From assembly GCA_963835575.1 (NCBI GenBank), contig CAWIGG010000002.1:928001-992000 (forward strand): DNA of 64,000 bases, in the 5' to 3' direction. The translations under genes were made by a program, and so were the position numbers. Origin of the DNA: an uncultured Spirochaetota bacterium (GTDB taxonomy: Bacteria; Spirochaetota; Brevinematia; Brevinematales; JAOACQ01). This document shows positions 20,414 to 30,315 of this stretch, piece after piece (within the stretch, counting starts at the first letter, position 1; each line of letters begins with the position of its first letter). A model generated the notes under the pieces. It saw only the letters and a list, made by a program, of their open reading frames with translations. It was not told the origin of the DNA and searched no databases.

Positions 20414-20454
20414 AGTGCAGTTCCAAAAAATCTATATGTTTTTGGAACTGCACT
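20414..20454. repeat. Palindromic repeat (GCAGTTCCAAAAA...TTTTTGGAACTGC family)
   Basis: Perfect 16-bp stem AGTGCAGTTCCAAAAA / TTTTTGGAACTGCACT with a 9-nt loop; same termini as the element at 18276-18488. Confidence 0.75.
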
Positions 20455-20465
20455 TTATATCTAAA

Positions 20466-20494
20466 ATTATACTGATTAAAAAAATCTCTGTCAA
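20466..20494 (-). promoter_or_regulatory. Sigma70-type promoter for the macro-domain gene
   Basis: Minus strand TTGACA-N17-TATAAT. Confidence 0.7.
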
Positions 20495-20496
20495 AC

Positions 20497-20523
20497 TAAT
20501 CAGAATTTGTGGTTTTCCGATAA
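20497..20523 (+). promoter_or_regulatory. Sigma28 (FliA)-like promoter for flgB
   Basis: TAAT-N15-TCCGATAA versus consensus TAAA-N15-GCCGATAA, 38 nt upstream of flgB. Confidence 0.6.
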
Positions 20524-20561
20524 ATTTAAAGAGAAGAATAAAAAGTTGAAAGGAGAAATCT

Positions 20562-20984
20562 ATGTTCTTTGGAATCAATACGGATTATGGAAAGAAAATG
20601 CAGATGATGGAAATGGCCTTAAATGCAAATTCGCTCAGACGGGACGTGATCGCGGATAATATCGCCAACGCCGATACTCCGTTCTTTAAAAGATCGGAAG
20701 TGACATTTGAATCACAGCTTCAAAGGGCCATTGAGTCTGAAAAAGAACCTGAATTTCCTACTCTTCTGACCGACGAAAAGCATATAGACTTTAACGAAAA
20801 GATTGATTACAGGGGTGTAAAGCCCAGGATAGCTGTCGAATTTGATTCCATCAGCAAGAACGATAAAAACAATGTGGACATAGATAAAGAAATGACAGAC
20901 GCGACAAAAAACGCGCTTCAGTATAATGCGTTAATGGAAAGCTATTCAAGAAATGTTAAGATTCTTGATTATGTTATGAGATAG
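20562..20984 (+). CDS. flgB: Flagellar basal-body rod protein FlgB
   Basis: [18 protein letters not shown] and [12 protein letters not shown]. Confidence 0.96.
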   Translation: MFFGINTDYGKKMQMMEMALNANSLRRDVIADNIANADTPFFKRSEVTFESQLQRAIESEKEPEFPTLLTDEKHIDFNEKIDYRGVKPRIAVEFDSISKNDKNNVDIDKEMTDATKNALQYNALMESYSRNVKILDYVMR

Positions 20985-20994
20985 GGAGGGAATT

Positions 20995-21450
20995 ATGGGA
21001 TTATTCGGTACTCTTAATGTCAGCGGCAGCGGCCTGACGGCACAAAGGTTAAGACTCGATGTGATTGCAAATAATATAGCCAATTCAACGACAACAAGGA
21101 CTACGGACGGCGGGCCTTTCCAGCGTTCAAGGGTTGTTTTAAGGCCTATTGACGACAGCCTGACTTTTAAATCATACTTACTCCCGGACAATATTAAAAA
21201 GCAGGTCGGCGAAGGCGTAAAAGTAATAAAAATTGAAAAAGATGAAAAACCGCCGAGAATGGTTTATGATCCGACCCATCCGGATGCCGTACAGTCAGGC
21301 AAATGGAAGGGCTATGTTATGTATCCAAATGTTAATATAGTTGAAGAAATGGTGGATATGATCTCGGCGAACCGTAGTTATGAAGCTAATGTGACAATGA
21401 TAAACTCAGCCAGGCAGATGTTTGAAAAGGCTTTAAGTATAGGAAAATAA
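20995..21450 (+). CDS. flgC: Flagellar basal-body rod protein FlgC
   Basis: [29 protein letters not shown] and [22 protein letters not shown]. Confidence 0.97.
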   Translation: MGLFGTLNVSGSGLTAQRLRLDVIANNIANSTTTRTTDGGPFQRSRVVLRPIDDSLTFKSYLLPDNIKKQVGEGVKVIKIEKDEKPPRMVYDPTHPDAVQSGKWKGYVMYPNVNIVEEMVDMISANRSYEANVTMINSARQMFEKALSIGK

Positions 21451-21475
21451 ATGAAAAAATAAATTAAAAAAAAGC

Positions 21476-21503
21476 TTGCATTATTTAAAATATTAGTCAT
21501 AAT
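21476..21503 (+). promoter_or_regulatory. Possible internal sigma70-type promoter for fliE-fliI
   Basis: TTGCAT-N16-CATAAT in the 92-nt flgC-fliE gap. Confidence 0.35.
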
Positions 21504-21542
21504 AATAGTAGTTAAAAAATTACTACGAAAGAGGAGGGGAAA

Positions 21543-21875
21543 ATGCAAATCTATTCACGTGAACAAGTAACAGGCAATAAGCTTGATATGCTTACTACAG
21601 ACGCGCTCCATTTCAACGATAAGGGCATCACTTCACAAAAGAAAGGCGATCCGGTTCAATCCTTTTCACAAGTATTATTCAATGCTGTGGATCAGTCCAA
21701 TGATCTGCAGTTGGAATCGGATAATCTTGAACAAAAGATGATTCTCAATCCCGAAGAGGTTGATATCCATGCTGTTATGATCGCCTCGGAAAAAGCCAGG
21801 CTGTCAATATCTTTTTTAAAAAGCATCACTGAAAAAGCTTTAAGGGCTTATAATGATATCATGATGTTGAGATAG
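21543..21875 (+). CDS. fliE: Flagellar hook-basal body protein FliE
   Basis: SFSQVL...DIHAVMIASEKA...AYNDIM; position in operon. Confidence 0.93.
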   Translation: MQIYSREQVTGNKLDMLTTDALHFNDKGITSQKKGDPVQSFSQVLFNAVDQSNDLQLESDNLEQKMILNPEEVDIHAVMIASEKARLSISFLKSITEKALRAYNDIMMLR

Positions 21876-21894
21876 TTTTTGGGAGGAGGGGAGC

Positions 21895-23598
21895 ATGCCG
21901 AATTTTAGTGAAATATTAAACAAAATCCAGGAAATGTTCAATAAATTAACACTTATTCAGAAAGTTATTCTGGGCGTAATAGTTCTTGCGATTATTGGTT
22001 CTATTATCTTTCTTGCCAATTTTTCCACTAAGCAAAGCTACTCAATGCTGTATAAATCGCCTCTTTCGCCTGAAGAATACGCCCGCGTAACAAAAAAACT
22101 CGGTGAATGGAGTGTGAAATTTGAAACAAAAGATGATAAATTTATTCTATTGAAAGATGAAAATCAAAGCAGAACAATCAGGATGAGGCTGGGCCAGGAA
22201 GGCATCATACCCACAAGCGTTAAGGGATGGGAATTATTCGATACCCAGAAATTCACCACCACTGATTTTGAACGGAACGTCAATCTTCAAAGGGCTATCA
22301 TCGGCGAAATGATAAAGCATTTAAAAAGCATTGACGATATTGAGGATGTCAGTATTGAAATCAGTTTTCCAAAGGAATCCCTCTATTCGGATTATCAGGC
22401 GCCGACAACGGCTTCAGTTTTAATCACACCAAAACCTTACAGCGATTTTGTCGAAAATAAAAACAAAGTCAAGGGAATAGTCAATTTAGTCGCGTACGGA
22501 ATACCCAATTTAAAGCCTGAAAATATTGTGGTCGTTGATAATAAAGGAAATGTATTGTCCGATCTCCTCATACCGGATGAAGGTACGGAAGCCTTGAAAC
22601 TTGCCAGAGAACATCTTAAAATAAAGGAAAGAGAAAGAGCAATCCTTATTGCAAGGATCAAGGATTCATTAAAAGAATCCATTAATTCAGAAAGATTGAT
22701 ATTATCGGCTGATATTGAATTCGACTGGACTAAGAAAAAGTCTGAATCCGATAAAATTATTCCGACAGTGGTTAAGGAAAGGGATCCGACGCTGGCTTAT
22801 GATAACAGTGAAGTCCAGGTGAATGTGCCGGTCAGTGAGAAAAAAACAACTGAAGATTTTCAGGGTCCCGCATATGTTCCTGAAGGGCCGGCCGGAGTGG
22901 AAAATAATGTGCCGCCGGCTTTAAAAGATAAAATGGACAAGTTTACTCATTATACAAAAAATGAGAATCTTGTCAATTATCAGAACAGCAAAGAAAAGAC
23001 CCAGGAAGAAAAAGCCCCTTATGAAATAAAAAGGGTATCCGTGGCTGTTGCCATAGACGGTATCTGGGAAATTATGAGAAAAGATGACGGCGATCCCATT
23101 ATAACAAATGGAGGAAGGATCGTTAGAACATATCATCCGGTAGATACTGAAAGTTTAAGGAATTTTGAAGAATGGGTAAAAGCTGCTGTTAATTATGATA
23201 TAAGACGCGGTGATGATGTTGTTGTCAGAACAATTTCATTTGATCATACAAAGGAATTTGAAAAAGAAGACGAAGGAATAAGAAGAAAGATACAGCTGCG
23301 GAGAACGCTCCTTGCGTCTATTGTTGTTTTATTCTTCCTCTTCCTTGCTACTCTGGCATACAGAGCTATTGCAAGGGAAATCGAGAGGAGAAGAAGGCTT
23401 AGAGAAGAAGAAATCGCGCGTCAGCAGCAGGCTATGAGGGAAGCGGCTTTAAGGGCGGCTGAAGAAGAAGCGGCTACCGTGGAGTTGTCTATAGAAGAAA
23501 AAGCCAGGGCCGAATTGCTTGAAAACGCCATTAATATATCGAGGGAACGGCCTGATGATGTGGCACGGCTGATAAGAACCTGGCTGGCTGAGGAATAG
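21895..23598 (+). CDS. fliF: Flagellar MS-ring protein FliF
   Basis: Two TM segments; GWELFD, TDFERNVNLQRAI, ENIVVVDNKGNVLS, RVSVAVAIDG and VARLIRTWL. Confidence 0.96.
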   Translation: MPNFSEILNKIQEMFNKLTLIQKVILGVIVLAIIGSIIFLANFSTKQSYSMLYKSPLSPEEYARVTKKLGEWSVKFETKDDKFILLKDENQSRTIRMRLGQEGIIPTSVKGWELFDTQKFTTTDFERNVNLQRAIIGEMIKHLKSIDDIEDVSIEISFPKESLYSDYQAPTTASVLITPKPYSDFVENKNKVKGIVNLVAYGIPNLKPENIVVVDNKGNVLSDLLIPDEGTEALKLAREHLKIKERERAILIARIKDSLKESINSERLILSADIEFDWTKKKSESDKIIPTVVKERDPTLAYDNSEVQVNVPVSEKKTTEDFQGPAYVPEGPAGVENNVPPALKDKMDKFTHYTKNENLVNYQNSKEKTQEEKAPYEIKRVSVAVAIDGIWEIMRKDDGDPIITNGGRIVRTYHPVDTESLRNFEEWVKAAVNYDIRRGDDVVVRTISFDHTKEFEKEDEGIRRKIQLRRTLLASIVVLFFLFLATLAYRAIAREIERRRRLREEEIARQQQAMREAALRAAEEEAATVELSIEEKARAELLENAINISRERPDDVARLIRTWLAEE

Positions 23599-23608
23599 GA
23601 GGGGTAAT

Positions 23609-24730
23609 ATGGCAGATAGAGATAGAATGACATCACTTGCGGATCAGGAAACTTCAGCTACCGCTGAACAGCAGACATCGGCTTTTCAGCATAAAGCTCC
23701 GAAAACACTGGCCGGAAAGAGAGAAAAGAAAAAAGCTCTGACAGGCAGGGAGAAAGCGGCGGTTTTTCTTGTTTCCATAGGTCCTGAAGTTTCCGCGGAT
23801 ATATTTAAGCATTTAAAAGAAGATGAAGTCGAAGAATTGACATTTGAGATAGCGAGAATAGACAGGGTAAATTCTGAAGAAAGAGATACTGTGCTGATGG
23901 AATTCCAGGAATTGATGATGGCCCAGGATTTCATAGTGAACGGCGGTGTTGATTACGCGCGTGAAGTACTGGAAAGAGCGCTGGGCACACAAAAAGCTGT
24001 TGATATTATCAACAGACTGACCTCTTCTCTGCAGACCAAGCCTTTCGATTTTATCAGAAGAACAGACCCTGTCCATCTTATTAACTTTATACAGAATGAG
24101 CATCCGCAGACAATAGCCCTTATTTTGTCTTATCTTGACTCTCAGAAAGCGGCCCATATTATCAGCGCGCTGCCGCATGAAATACAGGCTGATGTGGCTA
24201 AAAGAATTGCGACGATGGATAGAACTTCTCCGGAAATTTTAAGAGAAGTGGAAAGAGTTCTGGAAAGGAAACTTTCAACGCTAGCCAGCGAAGATTATAC
24301 TTCGGCCGGCGGTATAGACTCTGTTGTTGCGATACTGAACAATGCGGACAGATCGACTGAAAGAAATATCATTGAAGCTCTTGAAGAAGATGATCCCGAC
24401 CTTGCAGAGGAAATCAAGAAGAAAATGTTTGTGTTTGAAGATGTTATAACTCTTGATGACCGTTCGATTCAAAAAGTGCTGAGACATGTGGACACATCGG
24501 ATCTTGCAAAGGCTTTAAAGGCCGTTGATCCCGAAGTTCAGGATAAAATATACAGAAATATGTCAAAGAGGGCCGCACAAATGCTCAAGGAAGATATGGA
24601 ATATATGGGCCCGATCCGTTTAAAAGATGTGGAAGAAGCACAGCAGAAAATTGTAAATATTATCAGAAAATTAGAGGAGCAGGGAGAAATTGTATTATCC
24701 AGGAATGCTGAAGACGAAATTATTGTTTAA
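23609..24730 (+). CDS. fliG: Flagellar motor switch protein FliG
   Basis: LTGREKAAVFL, GGVDYA, EHPQTIA, MFVFED, NMSKRAA and GPIRLKDVEEAQ. Confidence 0.97.
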   Translation: MADRDRMTSLADQETSATAEQQTSAFQHKAPKTLAGKREKKKALTGREKAAVFLVSIGPEVSADIFKHLKEDEVEELTFEIARIDRVNSEERDTVLMEFQELMMAQDFIVNGGVDYAREVLERALGTQKAVDIINRLTSSLQTKPFDFIRRTDPVHLINFIQNEHPQTIALILSYLDSQKAAHIISALPHEIQADVAKRIATMDRTSPEILREVERVLERKLSTLASEDYTSAGGIDSVVAILNNADRSTERNIIEALEEDDPDLAEEIKKKMFVFEDVITLDDRSIQKVLRHVDTSDLAKALKAVDPEVQDKIYRNMSKRAAQMLKEDMEYMGPIRLKDVEEAQQKIVNIIRKLEEQGEIVLSRNAEDEIIV

Positions 24731-24753
24731 GTTCTCTTTATAGGGAGTATTTT

Positions 24754-25779
24754 ATGGCAAATTCATACGGTAATGTCCATTCAAAAATACTGAGATCCGG
24801 GCAATATATAATAGAAGACACAAAATTTGTTGTTCAAGCTCCAAGAGTGTTTAAAAAGACAAAAGATCAGGATGTTGATGAATCCAGTAAAAGAATAGAC
24901 GATTTACGGAATGAGATTAAAGCTCTGGAAAATGAAATTGCGGCAAAACTGGAAAGCAGCGAAAAAGAAGCAAGCGATATCATTGCCAGGGCAGAATCAG
25001 ACGCGGAAAAGATTGTTAAAGAAGCGGAAAAAAATGCCTTTGAAAGGGTAAGAAAATCTCTTGAAGAAAAGGAAACCGCTGTTCAGAGCCAGCAGACAGA
25101 CGCAGAACATATTATAAGTGAAGCGAAAGAACAGGCAGAAGACATTTTAAGAAAAGCAAATGATGAATTGAACAAAGCAAAGGAAGCGGCAAGAAAGGAA
25201 GCCTTAGAAACTGGAAGGGACCAGGGTTATGAAGAGGGTAAAAGTGAAATCGTCAGTATGGTTGAGAGGCTTAAGTCGATCATTGCCATCACTATAAAAG
25301 AAAGAGAGAGGATTCTTATTCATAGTGAAAGGCAGATAATGGGTCTTGTGCTGACCATGGTAAAAAAAGTAGTTAAAAAGATAACCCAGGAAGATGCGAA
25401 AGTTGTCATGAATAACACAAAAGAAGTGCTTTCCATTGTGCGAGGCGCAATGATGGTTTATATTCATGTTAATCATGATGATTTCAACTTTGTTACAAAG
25501 CATAAAGACGAATTAATAAAAATGATAGAAGGAATGCCGGAAGTCAAAATACTGGAAGATCCGACTGTTGATAGAGGCGGCGCTTATATTGAAACTGATA
25601 TCGGTGAAATTGACGCCAGAATTTCTACACAACTGGAAGAAATAGAGAATAAGATTAAATTTTATGTTCCAATTAAGGTGCAGGGAAAAATGGCTGATAA
25701 AAAAGATGAAGATTATATTCCCCAAGATGAAGTTAAAGAAGATCTATTGGAGGAAAATGAATCCCTTCGAGAAAAATAA
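24754..25779 (+). CDS. fliH: Flagellar assembly protein FliH
   Basis: Long coiled coil, GxxxG repeat (GRDQGYEEG) and DPTVDRGGAYIETDIGEIDARI; lies between fliG and fliI. Confidence 0.92.
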   Translation: MANSYGNVHSKILRSGQYIIEDTKFVVQAPRVFKKTKDQDVDESSKRIDDLRNEIKALENEIAAKLESSEKEASDIIARAESDAEKIVKEAEKNAFERVRKSLEEKETAVQSQQTDAEHIISEAKEQAEDILRKANDELNKAKEAARKEALETGRDQGYEEGKSEIVSMVERLKSIIAITIKERERILIHSERQIMGLVLTMVKKVVKKITQEDAKVVMNNTKEVLSIVRGAMMVYIHVNHDDFNFVTKHKDELIKMIEGMPEVKILEDPTVDRGGAYIETDIGEIDARISTQLEEIENKIKFYVPIKVQGKMADKKDEDYIPQDEVKEDLLEENESLREK

Positions 25780-25790
25780 GGATTAAATAT

Positions 25791-27146
25791 ATGGACGAAC
25801 ATAAAGATATGGATATTAATAATGATATTTTTAAAAAATATGAAAAATCCATAGAAAGGGTTGTCCCGATCAAAACTATAGGAAGGGTCAGCGACGTTGT
25901 CGGCATTTCAATTGAATCAGTCGGTCCATTCTCATCAATCGGGGATGTCTGTGTTATTGAAACAAACGGACAGACACCAGGCAAGCTTAAAGCGGAAGTA
26001 GTCGGCTTTAAAAAAAATAAAACTCTCATTATGCCTCTCGGCGAAGTAAAAGGTATTTCACCCGGTGTGAAAATCATCAATCTCGGCAGAAAGCTTGAAG
26101 TGCCTGTCGGCAGGGAATTATTGGGCAGGATTCTCAGCGGCGACGGTACACCGATAGATGGAAAAGGTGATTTAATAACCAATGAAGTTTATCCGGTTGA
26201 TAGAAATCCTCCCAGCGCCTATAGCAGAAAAAGAATTACAGAACCGATCACCACAGGCATAAAGGCGATTGACGGTATATTGACCATAGGAAAGGGGCAG
26301 AGAATAGGTATATTTTCAGGAAGCGGTGTCGGAAAATCAACATTGCTCGGTATGGTTGCCCGGAATACATCGGCCGATATTAATGTCATAGGCCTTATCG
26401 GTGAAAGAGGAAGAGAGGTCAGGGATTTTATTGAAAGAGATCTGGGCGAGGAAGGTTTAAAAAGATCGGTAGTCGTTTCTGTTACTTCCAATGAACCGCC
26501 TTTAATGAGGATCAGGGGCGCATATGTCGCGACTGCCATAGCAGAATACTTCAGGGACCAGGGCCTTGACGTGATGTTTATGATGGACTCGATCACCCGT
26601 TTCGCCATGTCGCAAAGGGAGGTCGGACTGGCCATAGGGGAGCCGCCTGCGACAAAAGGTTATACTCCCAGCGTATTTTCGGTACTTCCCCGCCTGCTTG
26701 AACGTACCGGCACAAGCCAGACCGGGACCATAACAGCTTTTTATACTGTGCTGGTTGAGGGCGACGACGTAAATGAACCGATATCTGACGCTGTCAGAGG
26801 TATTCTCGATGGACATATTATTCTGGCCAGAAATCTTGCCGCAAAAAACCATTACCCGGCGATAGACATATTGGGAAGCGTAAGCCGTCTCATGGTCGAA
26901 GTAACTGATGAGAACCATCAAAAGAACGCAAATAAGCTGCGTGAAGTCCTGTCTACTTACAGGGAAGCCGAAGACCTTATAAATATAGGCGCTTATGTCA
27001 GGGGAAGCAATCCTTCAATCGATTACGCATTGACTAAAATACAGCGGATAGAACAGTTTACAAAACAGGGTATTTTTGAAAAATCAAGTTTTGAGGAAAC
27101 ACTGGCCAAGCTTCATTCAATATTTGAAGAACCCCGCCGGCGTTAG
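25791..27146 (+). CDS. fliI: Flagellum-specific export ATPase FliI
   Basis: GIFSGSGVGKSTLLG Walker A, GERGREV, DSITRFA, GEPPATKGY and HYPAID. Confidence 0.97.
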   Translation: MDEHKDMDINNDIFKKYEKSIERVVPIKTIGRVSDVVGISIESVGPFSSIGDVCVIETNGQTPGKLKAEVVGFKKNKTLIMPLGEVKGISPGVKIINLGRKLEVPVGRELLGRILSGDGTPIDGKGDLITNEVYPVDRNPPSAYSRKRITEPITTGIKAIDGILTIGKGQRIGIFSGSGVGKSTLLGMVARNTSADINVIGLIGERGREVRDFIERDLGEEGLKRSVVVSVTSNEPPLMRIRGAYVATAIAEYFRDQGLDVMFMMDSITRFAMSQREVGLAIGEPPATKGYTPSVFSVLPRLLERTGTSQTGTITAFYTVLVEGDDVNEPISDAVRGILDGHIILARNLAAKNHYPAIDILGSVSRLMVEVTDENHQKNANKLREVLSTYREAEDLINIGAYVRGSNPSIDYALTKIQRIEQFTKQGIFEKSSFEETLAKLHSIFEEPRRR

Positions 27147-27209
27147 TATCACAATTCTATAACAGATAATAAATAAAAAAACAACATTTCAAATTAAGCC
27201 CTTTTTTAA

Positions 27210-27237
27210 TTGACAAATCAACATATTATTTTATAAT
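27210..27237 (+). promoter_or_regulatory. Sigma70-type promoter for the PEGA/GH57-like gene pair
   Basis: TTGACA-N16-TATAAT, 32 nt upstream of ATG 27270. Confidence 0.7.
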
Positions 27238-27269
27238 TTACTGCTTTGAAAATATTTAAGGAGCAATTT

Positions 27270-30200
27270 ATGAAAAACATGGCGGCTTTGACAGTTATTA
27301 TATTATTTTTAAGTATGTCTTTTTGCTTTTCTGAAAATCTTACTCTTCTATCTATAGGAGCAATGCCGAAAGGTATAACTGCGTCGGATGGCTCTCAGAT
27401 CAATTCCTCTATTTTAGAAAATTTGCAGGATCAGAATGATCTGCTGAATAACATATATATTAAAAACAATGTTCTGGAAGCGTGGGTAAACGGAAAAATC
27501 AACAGCATCAATTCCACCAATACCAATATAATCATTAAAGGAAAAAATAAGATTATTCCTAAAAAGATACCCGCGGTATCATTAAAAAACATATCCCCTG
27601 CTTTATTAAAGAATATTAATTCTTATGTAAAGCTTGATAATATATTAACAGTATCTTTAGCTTCAGCCGCCGCAAAGAATGCGCCGCAGACAGTTACTTT
27701 AAACTTTGTTCTACAGGACGGTCAGGGCAAAAAAATATCATCATCTTCCTGTGTTATTACAATGAACAGGCTGAAAGATTCTGTTTTTATGAATAAAACA
27801 ATAAAAGAAGCATTAGTGTCTCTTTATAATTTATGGGCACGATATTATTATATACCTAAAAAAACCGGCTCTGTTATTTTAAGCGTTATTCCCAAAAATA
27901 CGGATATATCTATTAAATCACTGGATAAAAAAATGAATAACGGTAAAAACGACCAGCTTCCAATTGGGACATATGCAATGGTTCTCTCGCTTTCAAATTA
28001 TAATACTTTGATTACCAATATTTCAATAAATGAAAAACCGCTCACATATAAAATTACCTTACAGAAAATATCAATGAAAACAAATGATACCGGCGTTATC
28101 AAGACAGGAAGCATTTTTATAGATGCGGATATCCCCAATGCCAAATTCCTTATCGTTGAGGACGGTGTCAGTGAAAGAATACCATATCTGGCTACTAATT
28201 TAAGCATTGGTCAGAAAACAATCATTTTTGATGAAACAATGGAGTATAGTTATAAAAAAGTAAATACTGAAGTAAAAGAAAACAATACTGTTTATGAATT
28301 TACAAAGTTAGTTAAAAAAGGTTCGGGATTTAAAATGGCATGTAATATTGACGGGGCTTATGTAATCATGAATAAAGAAATAGCGGGAATAGTATCAAAC
28401 GGTACATTTGAATATTCCGGGCTGGCAGGACTGTACGGGCTGACGATTATGAAGGATAAATATGCCGCGGTCCGCACAAACATAACCCTGAAAAGCGATA
28501 GTATTGAAAATATTACAATAAGCCTTCAGCCGAAAAAGATACCGGGCATTATTGTCACTCCTCAAATAAACGGCGCCGATGTATTCCGGGATAACAAAAA
28601 AACCGGCATAACTCCTTTTTATTTATATTCTGAAGATACTGACAACATTTCCCTGCAGATTGCGGCTACCAATTTAGGCTTCAATAATGTTTCGACAAAT
28701 ATGCCCTGGAGATGGACGAGCGAAAATAATATCTTATTTTATATGAATCCATTATTCGGAGATATTAAAATAACTACTTTACCGGATGATGCCGCTGTTA
28801 CGATTGAAAGCGCTTACAGAGGAAAAACGACCGGAGGAAGCTTACTGGTCAGGGATCTGCCGGCCAAGACAATCAAGGTCAGAATTGAAAAGCCGGGTTA
28901 TAAAATTACCAGTACAAATATTTATATCGCTCCCAACATTGAGAACCAGTATAATTTTACTTTAAAGGAAGCTCCCGCAAAAGCTTTTATCACATCCAAT
29001 CCGGAAAAGGGCTTTGAGGTCTATGTTAACGGTGAATATGCCGGTATGAGCGGTGAGAGCACTATTCCAATGGAATTCGGCAAGATTAATATACGCTTGA
29101 AAAAAAGAGGCTTTAAATCGATCATAACAAACATTGAAGTGAATACAAAACAGACCCTGGATTTGAATTTTACATCAACACCCGGAATAGGTGAAGATGA
29201 ATTTGCGGAAAATCTCCTTCAGCAATTGAATGTAATAAATTCTTTAATTGAAAACAATGATTTTGATAAAGCTGTTTCCAACACACAATCTGTGCTGAAA
29301 ACAATAGAAGTTTCAGAATACTCTGACATCGATGCGGTAAAAGATGTTCAGATAAAGATAGAAGCCAAGGCAAAATGGCTGAATGAAATAGGTAAGATTG
29401 ATGATACGATAGCTCTTGGGGACGGAAGCGTTAACCGCCAGGATTATGATTCGGCGCTTAAGAATTATGAAGATGCTATGAGCCTAATTGTACAGACAGG
29501 GGCTTCTGAAAGCGGCTATTTTGCAGAAAAGTTGAAAGATCTTCAGGCTAAAATCGATACGCTTAAGAAAAAGCAGTCTGATCAGGAGCAATCTTCTGAA
29601 GCTAAGAAGCTTTTAAGTAAAATAAATCCAATAATAGCTGACGGTGATAGTTGTTCAGACAGGGGTGAATACGCCCAGGCGGGAGAAAAATATACGGAAG
29701 CTCTAAAATTAATTGATGTTTCAAATTTAAAGGATAATCAAACAGTAAAATTAAGCAGGGAAAGACTTGAAAAGAAAGCTAAAAAAGCGGCGGAATTATC
29801 GAAAGTCAGGGATGACTGGTGGCCGAAAATGACAAGGAACTGGGACGGCGCTTCATTGGATTTTCTCGGAGGATTTATATCGTCATCCGGAGTGTCATTT
29901 GATTCTTCTAAACTCAATATACCCGCGTATTTCAGGCTGGGGATTCATATTATTCCGTTCTTCGGAATTAGTTTAGGGGGGATGTATAATTTTACCTATT
30001 CCAGTCTGAAGAGCAGCGAACAGTATGCTCTATACGCTGTTACAGCGGGTGCAATTCTCAGGATACCGGTGATGGCGCAGCTTTCACTTTTCGGCGAATA
30101 TAATTTCGCTCTTTCGGATTTTTCAACCTTTAATATTATGGATAAAGGCATAGTTAATGCAGGCGCCGACATAAAATTCGGTTTCTTCGGCATAAAACTA

Positions 30201-30287
30201 TTTTATGAACTCGGTTATTCATCATCATTCCAGAAAATGTATCAAGGATTAGGGGCGGGAATTTCATTCTGGTTTACTGAAGAATAA
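27270..30287 (+). CDS. Exported multi-PEGA-domain protein with TPR-like helices and a C-terminal beta-barrel-like domain
   Basis: Signal peptide; repeated PEGA-like units (ITTLPDDAAVTIE..GKT...IEKPGYK; ITSNPEKGFEVYVNG...KKRGFK); helical repeats; amphipathic aromatic C-terminal strands. Start set to the ATG after AAGGAG. Confidence 0.7.
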   Translation: MKNMAALTVIILFLSMSFCFSENLTLLSIGAMPKGITASDGSQINSSILENLQDQNDLLNNIYIKNNVLEAWVNGKINSINSTNTNIIIKGKNKIIPKKIPAVSLKNISPALLKNINSYVKLDNILTVSLASAAAKNAPQTVTLNFVLQDGQGKKISSSSCVITMNRLKDSVFMNKTIKEALVSLYNLWARYYYIPKKTGSVILSVIPKNTDISIKSLDKKMNNGKNDQLPIGTYAMVLSLSNYNTLITNISINEKPLTYKITLQKISMKTNDTGVIKTGSIFIDADIPNAKFLIVEDGVSERIPYLATNLSIGQKTIIFDETMEYSYKKVNTEVKENNTVYEFTKLVKKGSGFKMACNIDGAYVIMNKEIAGIVSNGTFEYSGLAGLYGLTIMKDKYAAVRTNITLKSDSIENITISLQPKKIPGIIVTPQINGADVFRDNKKTGITPFYLYSEDTDNISLQIAATNLGFNNVSTNMPWRWTSENNILFYMNPLFGDIKITTLPDDAAVTIESAYRGKTTGGSLLVRDLPAKTIKVRIEKPGYKITSTNIYIAPNIENQYNFTLKEAPAKAFITSNPEKGFEVYVNGEYAGMSGESTIPMEFGKINIRLKKRGFKSIITNIEVNTKQTLDLNFTSTPGIGEDEFAENLLQQLNVINSLIENNDFDKAVSNTQSVLKTIEVSEYSDIDAVKDVQIKIEAKAKWLNEIGKIDDTIALGDGSVNRQDYDSALKNYEDAMSLIVQTGASESGYFAEKLKDLQAKIDTLKKKQSDQEQSSEAKKLLSKINPIIADGDSCSDRGEYAQAGEKYTEALKLIDVSNLKDNQTVKLSRERLEKKAKKAAELSKVRDDWWPKMTRNWDGASLDFLGGFISSSGVSFDSSKLNIPAYFRLGIHIIPFFGISLGGMYNFTYSSLKSSEQYALYAVTAGAILRIPVMAQLSLFGEYNFALSDFSTFNIMDKGIVNAGADIKFGFFGIKLFYELGYSSSFQKMYQGLGAGISFWFTEE

Positions 30288-30315
30288 TTTCTTTTAAAAA
30301 AGTTAGGGGGATTCC

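Noticed and set aside
17641..20454. Palindromic repeats as a CRISPR array
   Set aside because: Copies are dispersed, variable in length, lack regular spacers, and no cas genes are present.
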